This document shows, one piece after another, positions 9,159 to 20,678 of a stretch of DNA of 64,000 nt. Within the stretch, counting starts at the first letter, position 1, and the number at the start of each line of letters is the position of its first letter. The DNA is from Prasinococcaceae sp. CCMP 1430. Its lineage: Eukaryota > Plantae > Prasinodermophyta. The stretch covers positions 126,701-190,700 of the forward strand of contig RQSC01000019.1 in NCBI GenBank assembly GCA_013416795.1, read 5' to 3'. Under the pieces are notes generated by a model, which saw nothing but the letters and a program-made list of their open reading frames with translations, was not told the origin of the DNA and searched no databases. Both the position numbers and the translations under genes were made by a program.

Positions 9159-11094
9159 ATGCGCGCAAGCTGTCTGCGCGTCGCGCCGCGGCGGTGGCAC
9201 GTCGCGCGCGTGGCGCGCCTCCTCCCCCCCCCCCCCCCCCCCCCCCCCCCTCCCTCGTCGCGCGCGTGGCGCGGTTGGATGGTGGCGGGTGCCTCCGGGG
9301 CGGAGGCAACGGCGCCGATGTCTCCCCTCCTGCGGCTGTCGGCGCGCGAGGCCGTCTCGCGCCTGCGCGCGCGCGAGCTCACGCCGCGGCAGCTCGTGGA
9401 CGCGTGCGCCGCGCGGCTGGGCGCGCACGACGCGGTCGTCAACGCCGTGCCGATACTCTGCCTCGAGAGCGCGAGGGAGGCAGCGGACAGGCTCGAGCGC
9501 GAGGGCTTCCCCGACGACGCGAGGTGCGAGCGAGCCCGTGCGGATGCGCGCTCGAGCGCAGAGCGCGCATGCGCGCGCCGCCGCACCACGCGGCCCGCAC
9601 GCTGCTCGCGCTGACACGCGCCCCTCGTGTGCCTTGCTCACTCGCTCCCTCCCTGCCTCCGCCAGCGCGCGTCCCGGCTACCTGTACGGCCTGCCGGTGG
9701 TGGTGAAGGACACGATGCCCGTGGAGGGCGTGCGGTTTACGAATGGTAGCGCCCTGGTCGACTGCGTGGCGGCGCGCTCCGACCTGACCGTGCGGATCCT
9801 GGAGGCCAACGGCGCGATATGCCTGGGCAAGAGCAACACGCCCGAGTTCGCCGCTGGCTCGAACACGTTCAACGCGCTCTTCGGCGCGACGGTGAATCCG
9901 TTCGACACGCGCATGACGTGCGGCGGCAGCAGCGGCGGCAGCGGCGCGGCGCTCGCCGCTGGCATGTGCTTCGGCGCGACGGGCTCCGACCTCGGCGGCA
10001 GCCTGCGCATCCCCGCGAGCTTCTGCGGCGTCGTCGGCCTGCGCCCGGCGCCGGGCCGGGTGCCGCGCGGGCCCGTGGCGAGCCCGCTCGACCGGCTGGC
10101 GGTGAACGGGCCCATGGGGCGCGACGTGCTCGACACGGCGCTCATGCTCGATGCGATGGTCGCGCCTGCCGGCGGTGAGGGTGAGGGCGAGGGCGCGGCG
10201 GCGATGGTGATGGCCGACCCGCTGGCGCTGCCGGCGCCGCGAGAGAGCTTCGCCGCGGCAGCGGCGCGTGCGGCGCCGCCCGCGCGCGTCGCGTGGTCGC
10301 GCGACCTCGGTGGCATCTCGCCGGTGGAGCCCGAGGTCGCCGACGTGTGCGAGCGCGCCGCGAGGCTCTTCAGCAGCGAGCTCGGCGCCAGCGTAGAGGA
10401 CGCGTGCGTCGACCTGTCGGACGCCGAGGCGCTCTTCCGCACGCTGAGGGCCGACGGCATGGCGCGCACCTTCGAGGAGGTGGTGGCCGACCCGGAAAAG
10501 CGCGCGATCCTCAAGCCTGATCTGCTGTGGAACATCGACTACGGCCTGAAGGAGCAGAGCGCGGCCGACGTGCGCGCGGCGCAGCGCGCGCACGTGGCGC
10601 TCATCTACCGCGCGGCGGCCTTCTTCGAGGAGTACGACGTGCTCGCCACGCCGTGCGTCATGACGGCGCCGTTCGACGTGAACGTGCCGTGGCTCAAGGT
10701 GCGTACGCTCAGCGGCGCGGGAGCGGCGCGCGTGGCGCCGCGTGAGCGCGTGACGGGGCGCTGACGTGCGCGCGCTGTTGCTCGTCCTTGTTCAACGCCC
10801 CTGCCGTATTAAACACACACATCCTCCACCTCCCAGGAGGTCGCCGGGGTGGAGCTGTCGAACTACACCGAGTGGCTGCGCATGACGTACGCGGTGACGC
10901 TCACCGAGTGCCCCGCGCTGTCACTCCCGTGCGGCTACACGGAGAGCGGGCTACCGGTGGGCCTGCAGCTGGTGGGGAAGCCGCGCGGCGAGGCGGCGCT
11001 GCTGGGCGCCGCCGCGGCGCTCGAGGGGGTGCTCGGCGTGCGCGCGGACGTGCCGCTCGACGCGCCGCGCGGTCGGGCAGCCGGGCCGACGTAA
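9159..11094 (+). CDS. Amidase signature family protein (3 exons)
   Basis: Motifs [56 protein letters not shown]. Inferred introns 9524-9665 and 10699-10836 (GT..AG) join the frames. The start could be the ATG at 9159, 9279 or 9318. Confidence 0.9.
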
Positions 11095-11462
11095 TTTTTT
11101 GTCCGTGATGTTGCTGGGCGTGATGATGAGCGCGCCGGGCACGCCTAGCGCGAGCGAGCGCGCGCATGTCCATGTAGACCATATACGTTATGCATCTTGC
11201 GCTACATGTACAGGTCCGCGTGGCGATACCTGCACGTACGAACGTACACTCTCAAGTCCCACTATGTGTGTGGGAGACGTGAGGCAGCCGAAGCGTTTCA
11301 CTGCTAACGGCCACTGCAAATGCCTCCTGCTGTGCGGCAGTAGTCTCTGCATCGTCTCTCACAGGCGCTTCTTTTGAAGACTCAGCACTTTCCGCATATC
11401 CTCTGCCCGAGTTTTTTGCCCGTGTGGCTTGCCTTGTCGATTCTTTGGGGCGCAGTTGCTGG

Positions 11463-14400
11463 CTAAGTTGACGGAGCGCGCACGTTGCTAACGGTGCATA
11501 CTTTGGCGATGGAGAGCGAGGCGCGCAGCACGGAGAGCATGATCGATTGCGAAGTGACCAGCCACGCGTCAAAGGTTGGCCGGCACCTGCTCAGAAACGC
11601 CACCTGCACAGCGAACTGGGCTGCATCCTCGAGAAATGCTATGGTCGGACTGCACCGTACCAGTCTGAGGTTCACCCGCTGGTTGGCGCCTCCCAGGAGA
11701 CTGCTGTAGTAGTCGGGAAACCAGTCGTTGTCGCGTGCAATCTTTTCTCGCTCATTGATAGTGTCGCGTGCAATCTTTTCTCGCTCATTGATAGGCGCAT
11801 CGCCATCACTGTCTGGAGTGTCCTGATCCCAGGGCAGTAGCGTAATGGCGTCAAGCGTTGCCGCACTCGCGCAGAACGTAAGCCCCCTAGCGAGGAGCCA
11901 CAAGTTCCCGAGCGCCCCCTTCCTGAAGCTTTTCTTTCCGTCAATGTTGTATCGATACTTTTTGTCCTGCCTCTTGAGACCGCTGAAACGCTCGGCGCTG
12001 TGGAGCCCTTTGAGAGCCGCAACCGAGCAGCTGATGTTCAGAAGACTGGTCAGGGCGACGATCGCGATTGATGTTGCCCACGGCCACGCGCTGCCGCCAC
12101 AGTCTGAGCTCGACGTCTCTACGATCACGATGAACAGCACGTCGCTTGCAATATCTGCCACTCCCACCAGGACAGTGCCAGCATAGGCAAGGAATTCCAT
12201 TCCAAGCGCAAGCGCCGAGACTTGACCTCCGCTGAGAGCAGCTGTGTTGGTAGCAAGCACGAAGTAGTAGTTTGTCAAGATAGTCGCCAGTGTGACCAGG
12301 ATGGTGCCGCCCAGGATACAGATGAAGACGATAGCTGTCGAGATGAACTCCGACACGCACGTGAGGCCCGCCGAAGTGTACGCCAGGCGGTAGCCCGTCG
12401 GGCACTCCTCGCTGGTACAATCATCGATCCAATCCGCGCTTATTGACTCGAGCTGCGGATTGTCGGAGAAGTCCCCCGCGCCGAAGGCAGCGCATATGTC
12501 ACCTCTCTCGTCCTGGAAGCTGACGAGTGAAACGGAGGACAGGTTGTTGTTGCTCCTGATGTTGATGCGTTCCAGCGCGTCCATGTCGTTCAGCGTCACC
12601 TGATCCAGCAACGGGTTATTTCTCACGTCGATAGTCGAGGCCTCGCTGAGTTGCGGGGCTGAAAGAAAGACGAGCGACGGGTTGCGCTCGACCACGATGG
12701 CACCCGTCACGTTCCGAAGCTCAGGCAGGAACAGGCCTTCTAGTTCCGGCACGCCCTCGGCGATGAGGTCACCATCGACTGTCTCCAGGTTGGGCAGCGT
12801 CACAATGCCCGTGCTGTTGTCGGCGATGATCAGCGAGCCATTGATCTCACGCAGCGACGGGAGAGAGAGGTTGCGTCCGACGGCGAAAGCGATCGTGAAA
12901 TTGCCAGCATTTGCGTCGTCGGCGAGCCTACCCTGCCCAGCAGAAGCCCAGCAGAAGACGGGGGGGGGGCGATGCCCGCCCGAGGTAATATGAGTGTCTG
13001 GAGCGACGGCCAGTTCTCGGCAGAGGTTACGTCGAAGCCCGTGTGGGACGTGTTGCTGAGGTCGAGCGATCCCAAACTGGCCAGGCCAAGAATGTGCTGC
13101 GGCACGCGCGAGGGCAGCTGCTGAGCATCGCTCGCCGTCAGCAGCGTATGGAGTGAGCGGAACGAGTCGGCGAAGTAGCCACTCTGCGGGAGTTGGGCTG
13201 GCGTATTGCGCATGTTCAGCGCCTCCAAAGGATGTGTCGATCCTGTCGAATACGTAAAGAAATCCGAGGGCCATCCCGTCTTCCCCTCATCTCCACCAGC
13301 TCCACCCTGTGCGCTAAAGTCGCCCCGCACAACGAATGCCAGGTCGTCGAGGTCCAGCTGAGTCAGCTGTGGGCACCACAGCGTGATCAACAGCACCACG
13401 TCCCAGGCGGTGACTTTAGCATTTGCAAAGTCGTTGCCAGAGAGCTTCAAAGTCTCGAGCTGCCGCCACGGAAGTGGGATTTCTGAAAAATTGGTTTCCG
13501 TGGAGTTGAAGATGTCAAGTAGAGGAGTGCCGGGAATGTAGAACTGGCGAAGTAGCCGCTTGTCCGTGATACCGATGAATTCGCGAGCCTGTGAGACTCC
13601 CGCGTGAACAAGGACGAATCCAGACAGGTCAAAGACGCCGATGACGTTTCGTACGTACGACGCCCACGCAGTCCAAGCTGTCTCGTTGAGCGCATTGTAC
13701 TCCACGCTGAGAATGCGCAGGGATGGAAGCGTGTGGAAACTGGGCAGAGCACCTTGCAGCTTGTTGTGGCTGAGACCCAGCACCTGCAGGTCGGAGAGTT
13801 GTGCCCAACTAGATGGAATGGATCCGCTGAAGTTGTTGTGGTCCAGGGCTAAGACCTTCATCGGATGCCGAGCGATACCGCAGTCCGGCTCACATGGCGG
13901 CGGGATCTCTGGAAGCGGGCCTGTGAGCATGTTCGAGCTCAGAGCGAGGCTCCGCAGCTTTGTCAGCAGGCATCCAGGCAATTGGTCTTTGAGTGTGGCG
14001 TTCTGAGCTATGAAAGTCGTCAGCCCCGGTATGTCGCACAGACACGGCGGAATGCCAGTCAGAGGATTGAAACTGACGTCCAAACTCTCAATGGTCACGC
14101 CCTGGTGGCATGCGCCTCTCAAGTCGGTCAAATTGTTGGACGTGATGATGTACGCGAAGACATGTGTTCCTTTGGCTATAGTGCCAAAGTCGCTGAAATG
14201 GTTGTCACTGACGATGATGCCACCTGTAAGCTGGAGAGGAACTCCCGGAGCGCCCAAGTCTGGTACGGTACCGGTGAAAGCGTTGCCTTCGAGATGCACA
14301 GAACGCAACCAGTACATCTTCGTGAAAGTATCCTTGGCAATCTCGCCATCAAAGCTGTTGTTCGCAAGGTTTAGATCTTCGAGGCGCCACACTCCACGCA

Positions 14401-16041
14401 GACCTGATACGCTTCCTGATAACTTGTTTTCCTGCAGCCCCAGCTCGGTCAGATACGTCAGGTTTGAGAAGCTGGCAGGCAGAGGCCCCGTGAGCTTGTT
14501 TCGACCCAGATTTAGAAACTTCAGGTGTTTCAGGCCACCCACGCTCTCAGGGATGGTCCCGTTGAGCTTCATGCCGCTGAGGTCCAGTCCTCTGAGGTTG
14601 GTGTGTTTAAAGATATCCTCGGACAGACCGCCGCGAATCGTGAGATCTTGATTGCGGCCGAGCTTAAGCTCCACAAAGTTGGTGTGGCTGGAGAAAAGCT
14701 CGGGTGTCACGGTGCCGACAAAGTCATTGCCCTGAAGATGAAGCTCGGTAAGCCTGGCCAGAGGCGACAGGTCAGGCAGCGTCCCACCAATTACGTTGCC
14801 AGACAGGCCGAGAATCTTAAGTTTCCCTCTCAGGTTTCCTCGCATGGCCAGATCACGAGGAAGGGTACCGCTGAGTTGATTCTCGTCCAACCTTAATTCG
14901 GACAGCTGGGGCATGGAAAAGATGGAGTCAGGAATCTGCCCCCTGAAGAAGTTGCCCAAGAAGTGGATCGTTCTGAGCGTCGACACGTTGCTCAGGGTTG
15001 CTGGGATGTTGGGGGCCTGGATGCCAAAGTCCTCAAAGTCCTCTGGAGTCGGAATGCACAAGTCTGGGTCATAGGCACTCTCACGAACACACGGCGGCAC
15101 GTACTCACTGTTGAGCCTAAGATGTGTAGGATAGCCTTTGCGCCAGTTGCTTATGTTGCGGCTGTCGGCTCCCGGGATGAGGCAGCTGTCGTGGCAGCCT
15201 ACGTACGCCGCGCCATGCTGGTGCGAAGTTGAAGTCCTGCCGGATAATGTCCTCATCGGCGCGACGAGAGGTGAACCCACAGCAGTTTGATGGGTCGCTC
15301 CACGTGTCCAGCAGTGTGCTCGGGCGACCAGTGTCAGGTATCGAGCGCTTCAGGTCATCGGCGAACGTCGCCATCGCCTAGATTAGATCATTGACAGAAA
15401 TCGCAAGTGGTCAGAAGCAGTATGCAGCAGCAGCCGTAGCAACACGACAAACATTCCGTGCATGATAGTGTTGCGCGCAGTAGCCAAATTGCTGTCCTGC
15501 AAGTGAAGTGAACTTTTGGGAACTTTGAACGCGCGGAAAACATGATACTGCAGTACGCCAGCGCCAGACTCACCTCACAGAATTGATCAGTACGCTTGGC
15601 CATTGCTTCGACCTCGGGCGCGCACATGCAGTCATCGGGTATGATAGCATATTCTGTGAGACAATCTGGATCAAACACACCGCAGTGGCAGTCGCACCAT
15701 ATGCCATCGTTGTTGTAGGCTTGCTCAAAGTTTACAGGGTGGCATCCCGCCCACACCCATTGCTCAAATGGGCGAATTTCGTGCCCTTCCGGATCGAACA
15801 TCTCCTCTGGCGCGGGCCCGGGCCCCCGCGCAGTGTACCTCTCCGGCAGTGTCTCTGGTGCTTTCTCTGACGTTGATGCTGTGAAAATCTCATCGTCAAT
15901 GTCCTCGTGCATGTCGCTCATCGACTGCAATGCTGTTGCTCGATGGGGCCCTGAGTATGGCACGAAGTCCGCGCTCGTAGTGGTGATGAGGGTTGCGGCG
16001 AGCAGTGCGCTTGCCGCGCACATGGACAGAGAGCTCGTCAT
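11463..16041 (-). pseudogene. LRR receptor-like membrane protein (signal peptide, Cys-rich region, LRR-NT, plant-type LRRs, L-domain-like repeats, about 6 TM); reading frame broken twice
   Basis: Signal peptide from the ATG at 16041 (MTSSLSMCAASALLAATLITTTSA). GT-AG intron 15573-15378. LRRs such as LKHLKFLNLGRNKLTGPLP and LSDLQVLGLSHNKLQGALP. Hydrophobic segments in ORF 11463..13274. Frame changes at 15200-15207 and 12960-12969 (true lesions or assembly errors). The 3' end is uncertain. Confidence 0.75.
11729..11794. repeat. Perfect 33-bp tandem duplication (in-frame, INEREKIARD x2)
   Basis: tgtcgcgtgcaatcttttctcgctcattgatag occurs at 11729-11761 and 11762-11794. Confidence 0.95.
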
Positions 16042-17271
16042 GAGTGGACAGTCCGTGAAATGGACGCCCCTCATTGTTCGCAGTCTTCTGCTCGACTCTA
16101 CAGCCTCCTTGGCCGCAGCCTTCACTATCCGGTGGACCGGGGCGACGGTGCGCCCGGACTACGCGCCCTCCTGGTCCACGACGCCTCACTGATAGTTGCC
16201 CACAGCCCCCTCTTGCCTGACTTGACCGGGTTTACCCGCTCGGTCGTTGACACTCTGACCTCGAGTGTTGACACGCTGGCCGCGCTCGAGCTCGCGCAAT
16301 GTCTGCTAATCTGCGTGCACGCTACACTTTTCGTGCAGTGTTTTCGCCCCCTGAATATCTGTCGTCACGCAACGCCACCGACCGCAGCCGCTCTGTGCCG
16401 CCACAGCCGCGCTCTTCTATGCGGCTACGTCCTGGCCGCGCGCAGCGCGCACTGTGTCAGGCTGTCAGCTGCACGTCTCCCGCTGCACGCACGCAGACGC
16501 GTTTGCCGCGCACTTGTGTGCCGCAACTGCGCGCAGCTCCGGCGCGCACTGCCGCACTGCGGAAGATGATGCCGTGTGCGCCTAGGAATTCATGCAGTAC
16601 AATGAGCAACTGCTCTCGATCCGACCAGTTCGTTAGTACGCATGGCCTCGCAGTTCGCAGCTCCCCAGATAGCTCGCGCGGCGCGTGAAATGCCACGCGC
16701 TTGCGACGCGCCTTTGTTTTCAATACACGCCGTATCTTGAACCCGTATCTTGGACCCCCCACGTCAGCTGCGCCGTCCTGGGCGATACGCAATCTCATGC
16801 TGGTGACGTGTCCTCGCGTTCTGGTTATCGCATTTGTCGCGCAAATGCGCACTTCGAGGGCTTTGCGAAGTTCCCAAGTCCATGGTATCGCATCTTTCTT
16901 GAAAAAAAGTATGAACCAATGCAAACTCTGTGGTCGGGGCGCTGTAAGGAAGGTATGCAATTTGTGAGTTATGGTACGGGCGTGGCACGCGAGCGCCTCC
17001 ACAGCGCAGCGTGGAGCCGCGCCCGTTTGTATTCTCCGTTCGTATTCTTCTCGTATTCACACACTCAGTGTCAAACAGACTCAATGCCACATGGCACAGT
17101 GCAATTGCTAGTTGGTGCGATTTGCGACGAACGCGCACAAATTCCGCGCTGGCGTACTGCAAAGCGGCAGCGAGGTGCACGCGGCAGTGGGTGGGTGGAC
17201 GTATGGGGGAGGGGCGGGAGGGAGGAGGAGGCGTGGGGCAAGAGCAAGAGGTGCCGCGGCGTTGACGCAGG

Positions 17272-20107
17272 GTGAGGTGGGGATGGACGGCGCCAGAGCC
17301 GCGCGCGGCGGCGGCGCGCGGCGCGTCGCGGGCGCGCCCGCGCGGCACGGCGGCGAGCGCGGGTGCGGGTCAGGTCGGCGGCGGTGAGGAGGAGGACGAG
17401 GGGCGCGCCTCGCGCGGTGGGTCCGCCGAGGCGCTCGCGAGTCAGGAGGAGATAGAGGCGCCCTCCTCATCAGGGGAGGACAGGGCTCGCGACCTACAGC
17501 TGCTGCTGCGGCGCCACGCGGCGCGTCCGTATCCGTGCCGCGGCGAGTGCGGCCGCTCGCGCGCGGTGAAGCGGCTGCGCGACGCGCGTCACGCGGCCTC
17601 ACGCGACGCGGCCGCGCGCCACGTGCTGATCGTCGGCGAGCCAGGGACGCTGAAGTCGGACGTCGCGCTTCTGATCCACGCCGGTGACAGCGTGCGGCAC
17701 GATGCCGAGACGCTGCCGCGGCGACGCAGGCCCGCAGCCGCGCTCGACTGCGGACGCTTGCGTGCCTTCGAGTCCAAGGCCGCGTCGACCAGAGCGCAGG
17801 CAACGCCGCTGCAAACGAGCGCGGCTGCGTTCGCGGACACCGCTCGCCGCAAAGAGAAGCGTGCCGCGACTCTGATCGCCGATCTCATTGAGGCGCTGTC
17901 CTCCATAGACGGTGGCGGCACCCTCATCCTGCGCGATGTGCACGTGCTCCCCGCTGGCGCCGCGAGCGTGGTCGCGTCTGCGATGCGCGCACCCGCGGGT
18001 GCGCACGGCGTGAGGCTCATCCTTACCGCTTCCAAGCCGGTGCCCGAACTCATGCCGCCGAATGAGTCGGAGTCGGTGATCACCGTGCGCGTACCCCCGC
18101 TGCGTGTGCGCCGCGAGGACATCGAGGCCGAGGCGCTTTTCTTCCTGCGCACGGCGGCGGTCCGCGCGGATCAACCGTCCACCATGCCGCGCGGCATCAC
18201 CGAGGCCGGCGTGCGCCAACTGCAGGCGCACGACTGGCCGGGGAACGAGACCGAGCTCGAGGCCCTCATCGAGAGAGCCGCTGTGCAGCAGTTCGCAAGC
18301 GACGCCTTGCTGCTCAAACGCCAGGGCGCACGAGTGGCGGGCAATTCGCCGCCCGCGACGCCACCAGGCCCGCCGCCGATGCTATCCGAGAGCGTGCTGT
18401 GGCCCGACCCGCGTGCATCCCGAGGGGAGAGCTTCCGCTTCGATCTGCTGCGCGCCTACCCTCTGCTGCGCAAGGTCTTTCGCTCTGAGCTCTGGCCCGA
18501 CGGATTCATGCGCTACGTGGTGGTGCCCGTCTTCGCGGTGTGGAACCTCGGGCTGCTGTTCGGGCCACAGGCGCGCGACGACAACGTCTTCCTGACCGTA
18601 TTTTGGGCGTGGTGGTGCGTGCATGCAATGGCCGCGTGACTTCATGCGGTGCCAGGACGTGCGACCTGCGCGGCGCGTTTGCTCACGCTTGTGCGCGCGC
18701 CTCGCCCTCACCACTATTCGCTCCCCGTGCACTGGCGCAATTGCAGGTGGCCGGGCATTCTACTGGTATACCCTCTCGTTGGCAGGCTGTGGTGCAGCTT
18801 TTGTCCTTTCATGGCCTACGGCGAGCTGGTGCAGCGCTGGCGGCTGGCAACCGGCGCTAGGCTGCGCAGGTGGCCATCGGACGCGCTGGACCGGTACGGC
18901 GCGTGGTTCCTGTACGCGCTGTTTGCTGCCATCCTGGTATGGGAGGAGGTGTGGGCCCTGGAAGACCATGCTCGGCTGTCGAGCGCCCTGCTGCTGCTCA
19001 TCACGGCGGGTGCAGTCGCTGGTAGCGCGATGTTCGAGAAAAGGGTGTGGTGCAGGTACCTCTGCCCCATAGGTGCGTGTGCGGGCGCTCGTGTCGCACT
19101 CTCTGCGCCGCCCTCCATGTCGCTAACGGCGATGCCTTGCAGGCGGTATGAACGGCCTCTTCGCCAAGCTGGCGGTCACCGAGGTGCGCGCGGAGCGCGG
19201 CATCTGCAGCGCCACGTGCACCACCTACGGCTGCTACAAGGGCTCGCCGCCCGTTCGGTCGCACAGTCCCTCGCTGGATGATGGTTTGGCCACGGACGGC
19301 TGCCCTCTGGGTGTGCACCCCGCCCAGCTCCTCGACAACCGCAACTGTGTCGGCTGCGGCGTGTGCATCAAGGCCTGCCCCCACGGGAGCGTGACCGTCA
19401 ACCTTCGCCCGCCTGGCATCGACCTGCTGACCACGCACGAGGCCACGCCCGCCGAGGCCTCGCTGCTCTTTCTGTTGTTGGGCGCCGTGTTCGTGCACCG
19501 AGGGGTACCGGCCGCCGCCGAGGCGCTGCTGCAAGGGTCGCCTGCGGACGGCCTCCTCGGCGCGGCGCTGGGCAACTTCCACGTCACGGCGGCGGGTCTC
19601 GGAGAGGCGCTCGCGACGTGCGCGCAGGAGGCGAGCTCCACCTCGGCGGTGGGCGCTCACGCGCTCGCGACTGTGGCGCTCCTGGCGTACCCCGGCGCGC
19701 TCGCGCTGGGAGCGCACGCACTCGCCTGCGCGGTCCCGCGCGCGCCGGGCAGCGGCGGCACGTGGGCGCGGCCGCAATTCGTACGCGAGGCGTACGCCTA
19801 CCTGCCCCTCACGTGGCTCGCGTCGCTCGCGCACTACCTCGACCTGGGAATGGGCGAGGCCGGCCAGGTGCTTCCGCGCGCGGCGCGCACCGTCGGACTG
19901 ACCGGCCTCGCAGAGGGCGGCGCGCTGCCCGCGCTCGTCGCCGACCCCGCCGTCATCTCCTTCTGCCAGGGCGCGAGCCTGGCCGCCGGCTCGCTCCTCA
20001 GCCTGGCGCTGCTGCGCGCGCTCGCGCGGCGGCCGTGGCCCGCGCTGTGGCCGCAGAGCGCGGCGGTCGCGCTCCTGACCGCGCAGCTCTGGGCGCTCAT
20101 CGTGTAG
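17272..20107 (+). CDS. Degenerate sigma-54-interaction (NtrC-like AAA+) domain fused to a 4Fe-4S polyferredoxin membrane domain (cyanobacterial type)
   Basis: IVGEPGTLKS, VPPLRVRREDI, HDWPGNETEL. Splicing 18615-18746 and 19073-19142 restores FWAWWWPGILL-GRLWCSFCPF and WCRYLCPIGGMNGLFAKL. Also CSATCTTYGC and NCVGCGVCIKACP, followed by several TM helices. The 5' exon is not resolved (acceptor at about 17270). Confidence 0.85.
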
Positions 20108-20678
20108 GCAGGCCCGCGCGCTCGCCGCGGGGGGGACAGGACGCGCCCCGCGTGCGCGTGCGCGTGCTCGCGCCTCGCCGCGTCCCCACGCGCACATAAG
20201 GAAGAGAGGCAGAGACAGAGAGACCGCGAGCGACAGAGAGAGGGCAGAGGCAGCTCGGGAGGAGTTCGAAATCCTAGCGGCACGCCCCCCCCTTAACCCT
20301 CCTCACCGCGCGCACGCTCCCGCGCGCAGTGTGCCGCGCGGCCCTTCGCGCGCGCCGCTGCCCCTTCGCGCGCGCAGCGCCGCGCCGAGGCTCCACGTCA
20401 AAACGCATGTGCGACGGAGCAGTGTTTCCAATTCACCTTATCCGTTTTTATTCACTCGGAAAACATTTGCACAGATCTATCAGAATTCGGCACATGGCGT
20501 AAATGACGGCGATGAAACATTATAGGTGCATGTGCGGCGCGCGCGCGCGCGCGCGCGTGCCGTGTGCGTGGGTGCGCAGTTGGCGCCACAGCGCCCAGCG
20601 CGGGCGCGCCCGGCGCGCGCGAGAACATGGCCACGCCCACGCCAACACTGCGCGCGCGCCGCCGCGCCGTCCGCGCAG

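Noticed and set aside
16200-17100. ORFs of 130-200 aa in the lower-GC stretch beside the LRR gene
   Set aside because: No recognisable motifs, no transposase/RT signatures, and overlapping frames give no preferred coding frame.
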